Source: a virus
Taxonomy: Duplodnaviria; Caudoviricetes
Virus record (IMG/VR): IMGVR_UViG_3300048599_000736
Coordinates: 1-38,348 of that record
Length of the DNA stretch: 38,348 nt
Direction: 5' to 3' (one strand)
The position numbers and the translations under genes are program-made. A model generated the notes under the pieces. It was not told the DNA's origin. It worked only from the letters and a program-made list of their open reading frames with translations, and ran no database searches. The stretch's first letter is position 1. Every line of letters starts with the position of its first letter. Positions 16,007-25,143 of this stretch are shown here, in pieces.

Positions 16007-16159
16007 AACGGGCTCCTCAGGGTGGGGGCCGCGACGATCGCGACCCTTCTACTGAGCGAAGCCCCGGACTGGGGCGCAGGCAGGATACATGCTCTGTGTG
16101 CCGCGTAAGCCAAGCGAAATCGCGGATCATTTGATTGCTTCGTTGGCCGTTCGATCGTC

Positions 16160-16717
16160 ATGGGATTATCCATCCGGGGTTATGCCAAAACCCGTGGCGT
16201 CAGCCACGTGGCCGTGCTCAAGGCCGCGAAGGCCGGGCGCATTCCGCTTGAGCCGGACGGTACGATCGATCCTGCCAAAGCCGACGTGGCCTGGCAGCGC
16301 TCCACAGACCCAAGCCGCGCGAAGACAAAGCTGAAGCCTTCGGCGGAGAAGCTTCGTCCCGTCGGCAGCGCCGCGCTTGGTTCGGTCCGCGAGACGCTGA
16401 AGGAGCAGGGGCTTCCTGCCGGCGGCAACGTCACTTTCGTCCAAGCGCGCACCGCGCACGAAATCGCCAAGGCGCATCTCGCGCGGCTGCGCCTGCAGCG
16501 CATGAAAGGCGAACTGGTCGACCGCGCTCGCGCCACCGCACTGGTGTTTCGGCTGGCGCGCGAGGAACGGGACTCCTGGCTCAATTGGCCGGCGCGCGTC
16601 GCGGCGCTCGTGGCGGCCGATCTCGGAGTCGAGGCTCACGCGGTCCAGAAGCTTATAGAGACCCATGTCCGCGATCATCTCGCCGAGCTCGCCGAGATTC
16701 GAGCCGAGTTCAGGTGA
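16160..16717 (+). CDS. Terminase small subunit (Nu1-like)
   Basis: N-terminal wHTH MGLSIRGYAKTRGVSHVAVLKA; ARTAHE...KGELVDR; directly upstream of GpA. Confidence 0.8.
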   Translation: MGLSIRGYAKTRGVSHVAVLKAAKAGRIPLEPDGTIDPAKADVAWQRSTDPSRAKTKLKPSAEKLRPVGSAALGSVRETLKEQGLPAGGNVTFVQARTAHEIAKAHLARLRLQRMKGELVDRARATALVFRLAREERDSWLNWPARVAALVAADLGVEAHAVQKLIETHVRDHLAELAEIRAEFR

Positions 16718-18677
16718 GCTGTTCGTCTTCGACGGCGCAGAGGAGCTCGCCCAAGCCTGGCGCGACGGGCTGCTGCCCGATCCGGCACTGACGGTCTCCG
16801 AATGGGCCGATCAGCACCGGGTCCTGAGTCCAAGAGCATCTGCAGAGCCGGGGCGCTACCGCACCGATCGTACGCCCTACATCCGGGAGATTGTTGACGC
16901 GCTGTCGCCGATGCATCCGGTGCGCCGCATCGTCGTAATGAAATCGGCCCAGGTCGGCTTCACGGAAGGCGGCAACAACTGGATCGGCTACGTCATCCAT
17001 CACGCGCCCGGACCGATGCTCGCGGTGCAGCCGACCGTCGAGCTCGCCAAGCGCTTCTCGCGCCAGCGCATCGAGCCGCTGATTGCCGAGAGCCCGGCGT
17101 TGCGCGAACGGGTCAAACCCGCGCGTTCGCGCGATGCCGGCAACACGGTGCTGTCGAAGGAATTTCCGGCGGGACTCTTGGTCATCACCGGCGCCAACAG
17201 CGCGGTCGGCCTGCGCTCGATGCCGGCGCGCTACCTGTTCCTCGACGAGGTCGATGCCTATCCGCCATCCGCCGACGAAGAAGGCGATCCGGTTGCGCTC
17301 GCCGAGGCGCGCACGCGCACATTCTCGTGGCGATCCAAGGTGCTGCTCGGCTCGACGCCAACCATTCATGGACTGTCGCGCATCGAGCGCGAATACGAAG
17401 CAACCGATCAGCGGCGCTACTTCGTGCCTTGCCCGCATTGCGGGGAGATGCAGTGGCTGAAGTTCGAGCGGCTGCGCTGGGATAAGGGAAAGCCCGAGAC
17501 GGCACACTACGAATGCGCATCCTGTGACGGGCGGATCGAAGAGCACCACAAGACCGCCATGCTCGAGGCGGGCGAGTGGCGACCGTCTGCCGAGGGGCAT
17601 GACCCCGGCACCATCGGCTTTCATATCTCGGCGCTCTATTCGCCGGTCGGGTGGTTCTCCTGGGAGAACATCGCGCGCCTCTGGGAAGCCGCGACCACCG
17701 ACGAGGCCAAGCGCAGCTTCAAGAACAGCGTCCTTGGGGAAACCTGGATCGAGACCGGCGAAGCCCCGGACTGGCAACGGCTCTATGAGCGTCGCGAAAC
17801 TTGGCAGATCGGCACCGTGCCGCGAGGCGGTCTGTTCCTGACGGCCGGCGCCGACGTCCAGAAGGACCGCATCGAGGTCGACATCTGGGCCTGGGGCAGG
17901 GGTCTCGAAAGCTGGCTCGTCGACCACATCGCCGTCGAAGGCGGGCCTGAACATGCCGAGACCTGGGAAGAGCTTAGTGACCTGCTTGGCCGCACTTGGC
18001 CGCATGCGCATGGCGCACAGCTTGGTCTTGCCAAGCTCGCAATCGATACCGGCTATGAATCGCCTGCCGTGTACGCCTGGGCCCGCCGGACCGGTCATGC
18101 CCAGGTCGCGCCGATCAAGGGTGTGGAGGGCTTCAACCGTGCGGCACCGGTGATCGGCCCGACGCATGTCGATGTGACTGAGGGCGGCAAGAAGCTGCGC
18201 CGCGGCGCCCGGCTGTGGACGGTCGCAGTCTCGACCTTCAAAAGCGAGACCTATCGCTACCTGCGTTTGTCGACGCCGACCGACGAAGAAATCGCCGCGG
18301 GCGCGAAATGCCCGGCGGGTTACGTGCATTTGCCGAACGGCACCGAGGCAGAGTGGCTGAAGCAGCTCGTCGGCGAGCAACTGGTCACGGTCAAGACCAA
18401 ACGCGGCTTTAGCCGCCTCGAATGGCAGAAACTGCGCGAGCGGAACGAAGCGCTCGACTGCCGGGTCTATGCGCGCGCTGCGGCTTGGATCGCCGGCGTC
18501 GATCGTTGGACCGAGGCTATGTGGCGCGACCTGGAGGCTCAGATTGGCCCAGCGCAAGAGATCGAGCGCGAGCAACCGGCCGATCAGCAATTCGGAAGCG
18601 ACAACGTTGCCGGCGTGATCCGGCGCCGGCCCGAGCGACGCGGGCGGCGCGTGTTTCAATCGAGCTACCTGAGCTGA
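16665..18677 (+). CDS. Terminase large subunit, GpA family
   Basis: TVSEWAD, RTPY, MKSAQVG, LRSMPARYLFLDEVDAY, STPT, VPCPHCG, GADVQ, AIDTG, RNEALDCRVYA. Start uncertain (53-bp overlap with terS). Confidence 0.95.
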   Translation: MSAIISPSSPRFEPSSGELFVFDGAEELAQAWRDGLLPDPALTVSEWADQHRVLSPRASAEPGRYRTDRTPYIREIVDALSPMHPVRRIVVMKSAQVGFTEGGNNWIGYVIHHAPGPMLAVQPTVELAKRFSRQRIEPLIAESPALRERVKPARSRDAGNTVLSKEFPAGLLVITGANSAVGLRSMPARYLFLDEVDAYPPSADEEGDPVALAEARTRTFSWRSKVLLGSTPTIHGLSRIEREYEATDQRRYFVPCPHCGEMQWLKFERLRWDKGKPETAHYECASCDGRIEEHHKTAMLEAGEWRPSAEGHDPGTIGFHISALYSPVGWFSWENIARLWEAATTDEAKRSFKNSVLGETWIETGEAPDWQRLYERRETWQIGTVPRGGLFLTAGADVQKDRIEVDIWAWGRGLESWLVDHIAVEGGPEHAETWEELSDLLGRTWPHAHGAQLGLAKLAIDTGYESPAVYAWARRTGHAQVAPIKGVEGFNRAAPVIGPTHVDVTEGGKKLRRGARLWTVAVSTFKSETYRYLRLSTPTDEEIAAGAKCPAGYVHLPNGTEAEWLKQLVGEQLVTVKTKRGFSRLEWQKLRERNEALDCRVYARAAAWIAGVDRWTEAMWRDLEAQIGPAQEIEREQPADQQFGSDNVAGVIRRRPERRGRRVFQSSYLS

Positions 18678-18681
18678 ATCC

Positions 18682-18894
18682 ATGACCATCGAAGAGATGA
18701 CCGCCCAGCGCGATGCGCTGCTAGCCGCGCGTTTCCGTGGGCTGCGCACGGTCGAGATCGATGGCCGGCGCGTCACCTATGCCTCGGACACCGAAATGGC
18801 GGCTGCCATCACGGATCTCGAACGCCGCATCGCGGCAGCCGAGGAGGGCGGCCGAAAGCGCCGAATCCTGACGTCCGCTTCGAAGGGACTGTGA
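18682..18894 (+). CDS. gpW-like head-tail joining protein
   Basis: 70 aa, GLRTVEIDGRRVTYAS, between TerL and portal. Confidence 0.85.
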   Translation: MTIEEMTAQRDALLAARFRGLRTVEIDGRRVTYASDTEMAAAITDLERRIAAAEEGGRKRRILTSASKGL

Positions 18895-20352
18895 GTGCTT
18901 GCTTCGCTGAAAACCCTCCGGCGTCGGGTCGGGGCGTTCATCGGCGGATTCGAAGCGGGGCTAGCGAACCGCCGGCTGAAAGGTTTCCAGCCGAGCCGCG
19001 CCCATCTCAATACGCTTATCGCCGCGGCAGGCCCCGACATCACGGCGCGCGCCCGCTGGCTCATTCGCAACAACGGCTATGCCGCCAATGCCATCGAGAG
19101 CTGGGCCGGCAACGTGGTCGGCGCCGGCATCAAGCCGTCCTCGCTGATCACCGACCCCGAGCTCAAGGCGCGGGTGCAGAAGCGCTGGCTCGACTGGACC
19201 GACGAGGCCGACGCCGAAGGCTTCACCGATCTCTACGGACTGCAACGCCGCGCCGCGCGCGAGGTGTTCATCGCGGGGGAAGTGTTCTTCCGGTTCCGGC
19301 CGCGCCGGCCGCAGGACGGGCTCACGGTGCCGCTGCAGCTGCAAATGCTCCCCTCGGAGATGCTGCCGCTCAACCGTAACGAGGTCATGCCCGGCGGCAA
19401 TGTGATCCGCCAAGGCATCGAGTTCGATGCGATCGGACGGCGCGTCGCCTACCACTTCCTGCGCCGGCATCCGGGCGACATGACGGACCCCGGCCTTGCC
19501 GGCGACATCGTGCGGGTGCCGGCTTCCGAGATCGTGCACGTCATCGACCCGGTCGATGCCGGACAGTTGCGTGGCGTCTCCCGCTTCGCCGCGGGCATCG
19601 TGAAACTCTTCCTGCTCGACCAGTACGACGATGCCGAGCTCGACCGGAAGAAGGTCGCCGCGATGCACGCGCTCTTCATCACGACGCCGGCGCCGGCTGA
19701 GCCGCTCGACGCCGCGGAAGGGCGCGACGAGAACGACGAGCGCACCATCGACCTGCAGCCCGGGCAGATCACCATGCTGGAGCCTGGCGAGGAGGTGCAG
19801 ACCTCGGCGCCGGCGGACTCTGGTGCGACCTACGAACCGTTCCAGTATCGCACCCTGCTGCAGGTCTCGGCGGCGCTCGGCGTGCCGTACGCGTATCTCT
19901 CGAACGATATGCTCAAGGCAAACTATTCGAACTCGCGCTTGGCGCTGCTCGAATTTCGCCGCCGCATTGAGGCCTACCAGCACGCGGTGATCGTCTGGCA
20001 GCTCTGCCGACGGGTCTGGGCGCGCTGGATGGACACCGCCGTGCTTGCGGGAGCGCTCGATCTTCCGGACTACGACCGGCGCCGGCGGGAGTACCTTGCC
20101 TGTGGTTGGCTGCCGCCGAAGTGGGACTGGGTCGATCCGCTCAAAGACGCGCGTGCCGAGATCGAACAGATCGATGCGGGCTTGAAAAGCCGCACGCAGG
20201 CGCTCGCCGAGCGCGGCTACGACGCCGAGCAGGTCGACGCCGAGATCGCGGCCGACAAGGCACGCGAGAAATCGCTCGGTCTGACCTTCGGATCGATAGC
20301 GCCTGGGACGCCGCTGCCGAGCGACCAGGCGGATGCATCCAGCGCCAGCTGA
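18895..20352 (+). CDS. Portal protein, lambda family
   Basis: RARWLIRNNGYA, GIEFDAIGRRVAYH, GQLRGVS, NYSNSRLALLEF, WVDPLKD. Confidence 0.95.
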   Translation: MLASLKTLRRRVGAFIGGFEAGLANRRLKGFQPSRAHLNTLIAAAGPDITARARWLIRNNGYAANAIESWAGNVVGAGIKPSSLITDPELKARVQKRWLDWTDEADAEGFTDLYGLQRRAAREVFIAGEVFFRFRPRRPQDGLTVPLQLQMLPSEMLPLNRNEVMPGGNVIRQGIEFDAIGRRVAYHFLRRHPGDMTDPGLAGDIVRVPASEIVHVIDPVDAGQLRGVSRFAAGIVKLFLLDQYDDAELDRKKVAAMHALFITTPAPAEPLDAAEGRDENDERTIDLQPGQITMLEPGEEVQTSAPADSGATYEPFQYRTLLQVSAALGVPYAYLSNDMLKANYSNSRLALLEFRRRIEAYQHAVIVWQLCRRVWARWMDTAVLAGALDLPDYDRRRREYLACGWLPPKWDWVDPLKDARAEIEQIDAGLKSRTQALAERGYDAEQVDAEIAADKAREKSLGLTFGSIAPGTPLPSDQADASSAS

Positions 20353-20362
20353 AGGGCTGAAA

Positions 20363-21643
20363 ATGCTTAATCTGCCGCATGTGGCCACCAGGGTGTTCGG
20401 GACGCCGCTGATGATCGCGCGGGCGAAGCTCGAGGTCATCCTCGGCGTCCTCGGGCCGCGCTTCACCGGTGGCGCTCTGGAGGTGGTCAAACCAGAAACC
20501 GATCCGGCGCCACTCACCTCGATCACTGTCGAAAGAATCGCGGTGGTCTCGGTGATTGGAACACTGGTGAGCCGCTCGGGCTATCTGGACGCTGCCAGCG
20601 GTCTCCAGGCCTACGGAGACATCGCGGATGCCGTTGCCACGGCGATGGATGACGCGAGCGTGCGCGGCGTCATTCTCGATGTCGATTCCCCGGGCGGAGA
20701 GGTCGGTGGACTGTTCGACCTGGTCGAGCAAATTCAGGCCATCAGGCGCGCGAGCGCAAAGCCGCTCTGGGCAGTGGCCAACGAGAGCGCGCTATCCGCT
20801 GCCTATGCCATCGCCAGCACCGCCGACCGGCTCTACGTCACGCGCACCGGCGAGGCCGGCTCGATCGGCGTCGTGGCGGTCCACATCGACGAGAGCGGGG
20901 CCGACGCGAAAGCGGGCCTCGCCTGGACCTTCGTCTTTGCCGGCGACCGCAAGGTCGACGGCAATGCGCACGAGCCCCTTTCGGAGCGCGCCCGCTTAAC
21001 GATCCAGGCCGACGTTGACCGACTCTATTCCGAGTTCTGCGCCCTGGTTGCCGCCAATCGCGGCCTGACTGTCGAGACCGTGCGCGGCACAAACGCCGCG
21101 ATCTATCGCGGCGAGCTTGCGATCCGGGCAGGTCTCGCCGATCGGCTCGGCACGCTCGACCTCGCCGTCGCGGAAATGGCCGCCGATCTCGATCGCGGCA
21201 CACAGACGCGCACCCTCATCAAACCGACAGCCAAAAGGAGCCCATCCATGGCAACCAACGAGACCGAACAGATTCAGGAACAGCCGAGGGAACCGCAGCA
21301 GTCGATCGATCCCGCCGCCGAACCGGCGGATGCGGCGCCCGATCCTGCGCCGGCCGCCGCCGAGCCAGCGCCCGCGGCAGGAACGGCCGAGAGGCTACGC
21401 GCTGAATTCGCCGAGGTCGCCGCCATTGCGACGCAAGCGGCGCGTCTCGGCGTCACTCTCGATGCCGCCGACGCGCTGAAGAAGGGCATCGCGCCTGATG
21501 CGCTGCGCCGCAGCGTGCTCGATACGCTTGCGGCCCGCGCCGAGGCGACAAGTGTCATTGCAGCCGCCCCGTCCACGCCGACCGCGGGCGACAGCCCAAT
21601 CGTGCGGCGCGCCAAGGAACGCGCCGCGGCATCGCGCGCCTGA
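20363..21643 (+). CDS. S49 head maturation protease (lambda gpC-like) with C-terminal scaffold
   Basis: LDVDSPGGEV, ALSAAYAIAS, GSIGVV, GLAD. Confidence 0.92.
   Translation: MLNLPHVATRVFGTPLMIARAKLEVILGVLGPRFTGGALEVVKPETDPAPLTSITVERIAVVSVIGTLVSRSGYLDAASGLQAYGDIADAVATAMDDASVRGVILDVDSPGGEVGGLFDLVEQIQAIRRASAKPLWAVANESALSAAYAIASTADRLYVTRTGEAGSIGVVAVHIDESGADAKAGLAWTFVFAGDRKVDGNAHEPLSERARLTIQADVDRLYSEFCALVAANRGLTVETVRGTNAAIYRGELAIRAGLADRLGTLDLAVAEMAADLDRGTQTRTLIKPTAKRSPSMATNETEQIQEQPREPQQSIDPAAEPADAAPDPAPAAAEPAPAAGTAERLRAEFAEVAAIATQAARLGVTLDAADALKKGIAPDALRRSVLDTLAARAEATSVIAAAPSTPTAGDSPIVRRAKERAAASRA
21248..21643 (+). CDS. Nested in-frame scaffolding protein (Nu3-like), 131 aa
   Basis: Internal AAGGAG RBS (21235-21240) and in-frame ATG at 21248 (MATNETEQ...), followed by a P/A/E-rich segment. 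Confidence 0.7.
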   Translation: MATNETEQIQEQPREPQQSIDPAAEPADAAPDPAPAAAEPAPAAGTAERLRAEFAEVAAIATQAARLGVTLDAADALKKGIAPDALRRSVLDTLAARAEATSVIAAAPSTPTAGDSPIVRRAKERAAASRA

Positions 21644-21667
21644 TCAACTTCATAAGGAGCATCCGAC

Positions 21668-22057
21668 ATGCCCACGCTGACCATGGCGCCGACGCTCGGC
21701 GACCTGCTCAAATATGAACTCAACGGCAATTACACCCGCGAAACCGTCACGCTCAAAGCCGGCACGAACTATGCGCTCGGCTGCGTGCTCGGCAAGATCA
21801 CCGCGACGGTGAAGTACCGGCTCTCGCCGGCCGCCCAGGTCGTCGGCGACGAAGGCGCGGAAACAGCCGTTGCCGTGCTGTTGGAAGCGGTCGACGCGAC
21901 GGCCGCCGACAAGACCGGGCTCGTCGTTGCGCGCGGCCCCGCCATTGTCTCCGAGGCGGCGCTCGTCTTCGACGCCTCGGTCGACGACGACACGAAGAAA
22001 GCGGCCAAGCACGCCGAGCTCTCTGCCGCAGGAATCGTCCCGCGCGACACCGCCTGA
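21668..22057 (+). CDS. Head decoration protein (lambda gpD-like)
   Basis: LGDLLKYE...YTRETVTL...GCVLGKIT...AVAVLL; AAGGAG RBS; position before the capsid gene. Confidence 0.88.
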   Translation: MPTLTMAPTLGDLLKYELNGNYTRETVTLKAGTNYALGCVLGKITATVKYRLSPAAQVVGDEGAETAVAVLLEAVDATAADKTGLVVARGPAIVSEAALVFDASVDDDTKKAAKHAELSAAGIVPRDTA

Positions 22058-22088
22058 TCTGACAACGCTCTAACCGCGCCCAACACAA

Positions 22089-22129
22089 CGGGCCTCGACG
22101 GAAATCGCCGTCGGGGCCCGATCCTTTTC
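22089..22129 (+). terminator. 13-bp hairpin with short U-tract between decoration and capsid genes
   Basis: CGGGCCTCGACGG-AAATCG-CCGTCGGGGCCCG followed by ATCCTTTTC. Confidence 0.55.
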
Positions 22130-22142
22130 AAGGAGACCTAGA

Positions 22143-23165
22143 ATGGCCCCGATGATCAATCCCTTCGACGCGGGCGGCTACACGCTCGCCGAGATGACCC
22201 AAGCCATCAACATCCTGCCCAATGTCTACACGCGTCTCGGCGAGCTCGGCCTGTTCCGCTTCGAAGGCATCACCCAGCGCAGTGTCATCATCGAGCAGGC
22301 CGAGGGCGTGCTCAACCTCTTGCCGACCGTGCCGCTCGGCGGGCCGGCGACGGTTGCCAACCGGGACACGCGCTCGATGCGCTCCTTCACGGTGCCGTGG
22401 ATTCCCCATGACGACGTGATCACGCCGCAGGACATCCAGGGCGTGCGCGGCTTTGGGGTGACGGATGCGGCCGACCCGCTCGCCACCGTGATGGAGCGAA
22501 AGCTCACCCGCATGCGGGGCAAGCACGCCCAGACCCGAGAATACATGGAGATCAATGCGCTGCGAGGCGTCGTCAAGGACGGCGCCGGCACCGAGCTCTA
22601 CGACTATTTCGACGAGTTCGGGCTTGCACAGCAGTCCGTCGACTTGGTGCTCGGGACCGCGGCTACCCAAGTGCAGGCCAAATGCCGCGAAGTGCTGCGC
22701 GACATCGAGACCGAACTCAAGGGCGAGACCATGAACGGGGTGCTGGCGTTGGTCAGCCCGGGCTTCTTCGACAAGCTGATCGGGCACAGCAAGGTCGAGG
22801 AAGCCTACAAATACTTCTCCTCGACCGGCGCCCAGCCCTTGCGCGAGGACACCCGCCGGCGCTTCCCCTTCGCCGGCATCGTATTCGAGGAATACAACGC
22901 CACGGTCACGCTCTCGACCGGCGCGACCGAGACGCTGATCCCGGCGAACGAAGGCATCGCGTTCCCGCTCGGCACCATGGATACCTTCGTGACCTATGGT
23001 GCCCCGGCCAACCTGATCGAGACGGTCAACACTATGGGCCTGCCGATCTATGCCCGCCAGATCGCGCGGCTGGACGGCAGCGCCATCGATGTGAAGACCG
23101 AAGCCTCGCCGCTGCCGGTCAACAAGCGCCCGCGGCTGGCGGTGAAGATTCTCACCAGCAACTGA
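22143..23165 (+). CDS. Major capsid protein (phage capsid E family)
   Basis: NPFDAGGYTLAEMTQAIN...HAQTREYM...ALRG...FPFAGIVFEEY...PLPVNKRP; AGGAG RBS. Confidence 0.93.
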   Translation: MAPMINPFDAGGYTLAEMTQAINILPNVYTRLGELGLFRFEGITQRSVIIEQAEGVLNLLPTVPLGGPATVANRDTRSMRSFTVPWIPHDDVITPQDIQGVRGFGVTDAADPLATVMERKLTRMRGKHAQTREYMEINALRGVVKDGAGTELYDYFDEFGLAQQSVDLVLGTAATQVQAKCREVLRDIETELKGETMNGVLALVSPGFFDKLIGHSKVEEAYKYFSSTGAQPLREDTRRRFPFAGIVFEEYNATVTLSTGATETLIPANEGIAFPLGTMDTFVTYGAPANLIETVNTMGLPIYARQIARLDGSAIDVKTEASPLPVNKRPRLAVKILTSN

Positions 23166-23181
23166 GCCTGGCGAAAAGTCC

Positions 23182-23499
23182 GTGATCGATTTCGACGCCC
23201 TGGTGCTCGGGCCCGTCTATGACGCGTTCGGCGAGCCTGCCGTCCTCACGCTTTCGTCGGCGAGTTACGACCTGACCGTCATCGACCACACCGCGGGCGT
23301 CGAGGTCGAGGACGGCGGGATCGGTCTCCAGACGATCCGCCCGGCTGTGGACCTGCGGCGCAGCGCGCTCACAGCGCTCGGCATTGCCGTTGGGGACCTG
23401 GTCGGCGGCGTGGTCCTGCTTGGCGCGACCGCCTGGCGCATCAAGACCGCGATCGAGAACGGCCTCGAACTGCGCCTTGTCGTGATGCAGGACGCGTGA
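23182..23499 (+). CDS. Head-tail joining (FII-like) protein
   Basis: 105 aa, YDAFGEPAVL..., position after the capsid gene. Confidence 0.65.
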   Translation: MIDFDALVLGPVYDAFGEPAVLTLSSASYDLTVIDHTAGVEVEDGGIGLQTIRPAVDLRRSALTALGIAVGDLVGGVVLLGATAWRIKTAIENGLELRLVVMQDA

Positions 23500-23942
23500 T
23501 GGACAAGCGCGAAGCCATCCTGCAGCGGCTCACCGAGATCGCGGCAGGAATTCCGGGCGTCGTCACGGCGGTGCGCAACCAGGACGAAATCTCCGAGCAT
23601 ACACGCCCGGCCATCGCCGTCTTCGACGCCGACGAGACCGCCGACGAACATGCCGTGCAACGGGGCCACGCGGGGACTGCGCCCAATATCGTCGAGATGA
23701 CGCCCGAGGTCATGATCCTGCTCGGCGCCCTGCCGGAGCGGGTCGGCACTGCGCTCAACGAGCTGCGCGCCCGACTGGTCAAGGCGGTGCTCACTGACGC
23801 GCAACTGGGTGCGCTCACCGGTTCGAACGGACGCATGCGCTACGCGGGCTGCAGCACGCATCTGCGTCACGGCCGCTCCATAGAGGGCCTGATGGCCGTG
23901 AACTTCGCCTTCACCTACGTGCTGCGCCCAGCCGAACTTTGA
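23499..23942 (+). CDS. Putative tail terminator protein
   Basis: KREAILQRL...RPAIAVFDADE...FAFTYVL; position before the tail tube gene. Confidence 0.65.
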   Translation: MDKREAILQRLTEIAAGIPGVVTAVRNQDEISEHTRPAIAVFDADETADEHAVQRGHAGTAPNIVEMTPEVMILLGALPERVGTALNELRARLVKAVLTDAQLGALTGSNGRMRYAGCSTHLRHGRSIEGLMAVNFAFTYVLRPAEL

Positions 23943-23952
23943 AGGAGAGCCC

Positions 23953-24498
23953 ATGCCTGTATCTCTGGTCGCGCCCGATGCCGACAACTACCAGGTCGGC
24001 AAGGGCATCGTGTCGTTCAAGCCCGATGGCGCAGCCGATTACATCGATCTCGGCAACGTCGCCGAGCTCGCATACACGCCCACCATCGAAAAGCTCGACC
24101 ACTATTCAAGCCGTGCCGGCACCCGCACAAAAGACAAATCCATCGTGCAGACTCGCAGCGGCACGCTGCGCATCCTCATGGAGGAATTAACGGCGCAGAA
24201 CCTGTCGATGTTGCTGATGGGCACGGTCGATGACGCCGCTGTCGGCGGGCCTACCATCGACATCATGGCAACAGACTCGATCCGCGGCGAGGTAAAATTC
24301 GTCGCCACCAACGACGTCGGCCCGCGCTGGGATCTGCAGTTCTACAACGTCGAATTCAGCCCGTCCGGTTCGTTCAATCCAATCTCGGACGAGTGGAATC
24401 AGATCGAGGTGACCGGCGAGGTGTTGTTGGCGACCAGCGGCGCAAACATCGGCAAGATCGGCATTGCGCAATTGACCAACCTGCCAGCCTCGCCGTGA
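23953..24498 (+). CDS. Major tail tube protein
   Basis: NYQVGKGIVSF...DLGNV...LDHYSSRAG...PSGSFNPISDEWNQIEVTGEVL; AGGAG RBS. Confidence 0.8.
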   Translation: MPVSLVAPDADNYQVGKGIVSFKPDGAADYIDLGNVAELAYTPTIEKLDHYSSRAGTRTKDKSIVQTRSGTLRILMEELTAQNLSMLLMGTVDDAAVGGPTIDIMATDSIRGEVKFVATNDVGPRWDLQFYNVEFSPSGSFNPISDEWNQIEVTGEVLLATSGANIGKIGIAQLTNLPASP

Positions 24499-24523
24499 TC
24501 TCAAAACCAAGAGGGCCTGCAAC

Positions 24524-24955
24524 ATGGTTAGCCTGCTCGATATTGCCGATCAGCAAAAGACCGTCACGATCCGGGACAAGGACGTGGTGGTCTTTGGCAT
24601 TTCTGCCCAAGACATCGTCTATTTGTTCGGCAAGTTCCCGGAATTGCGCCTGCTGATGTCCGGCAAGCAGGCCGACCTCACCCCCGAAACGTTGCTCAAG
24701 CTGGCACCCGGCGCCGTCGCCGCCGCGATCGCCGCCGGGACCGGCTCGGCCGGCGATGAAAACGCCGAGGCGGTCGCCGCGCGGCTCGGCCTTGGCGAGC
24801 AGCTTGATCTGCTCGCGGCGATCTTCGATCTGACCTTTCCGCAGGGCGTCGGCCCTTTCGTGGCAAAGCTGGACGCGCTCGGCCTGCTCAAAAGCGCCGA
24901 CGGCGCGTCTGGATGGGCTCAGGCTACGAAATCGCCCGAGCCGTCGAGCAACTGA
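24524..24955 (+). CDS. Tail assembly chaperone (gpG-like)
   Basis: Follows the tail tube gene; contains in-frame slippery heptamer C CCT TTC at 24853-24859. Confidence 0.75.
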   Translation: MVSLLDIADQQKTVTIRDKDVVVFGISAQDIVYLFGKFPELRLLMSGKQADLTPETLLKLAPGAVAAAIAAGTGSAGDENAEAVAARLGLGEQLDLLAAIFDLTFPQGVGPFVAKLDALGLLKSADGASGWAQATKSPEPSSN

Positions 24956-25143
24956 TCCACAGTGGCCACGCGCGTGCCGATGTGTGGAAAATGACGCCCC
25001 GGCAAATTGCCGCCTGGTCGCAATTGGCGATGCGCCGGAAATTCGGCGAGCAGGCGCAACTGTTGACGCTCATGCGCGCTGCGCGCAGCGACGACAGGCA
25101 TTTCCAGACGTTCTTGCGCAAACTTCAGGACGAGTCGCAATGA
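24853..25143 (+). CDS. gpT-like -1 frameshift extension of the tail chaperone
   Basis: The -1 frame is open from the slippery site to 25143 and encodes AVEQLIHSGH...VWKMTPRQI. Confidence 0.65.
   Translation, partial: PFRGKAGRARPAQKRRRRVWMGSGYEIARAVEQLIHSGHARADVWKMTPRQIAAWSQLAMRRKFGEQAQLLTLMRAARSDDRHFQTFLRKLQDESQ

Noticed and set aside
16710-20526. Long antisense ORFs (16710-18776, 18961-20526; also 8465-10225, 36229-37455)
   Set aside because: Shadow ORFs of high-GC codon bias opposite well-supported genes; no motifs or RBS.
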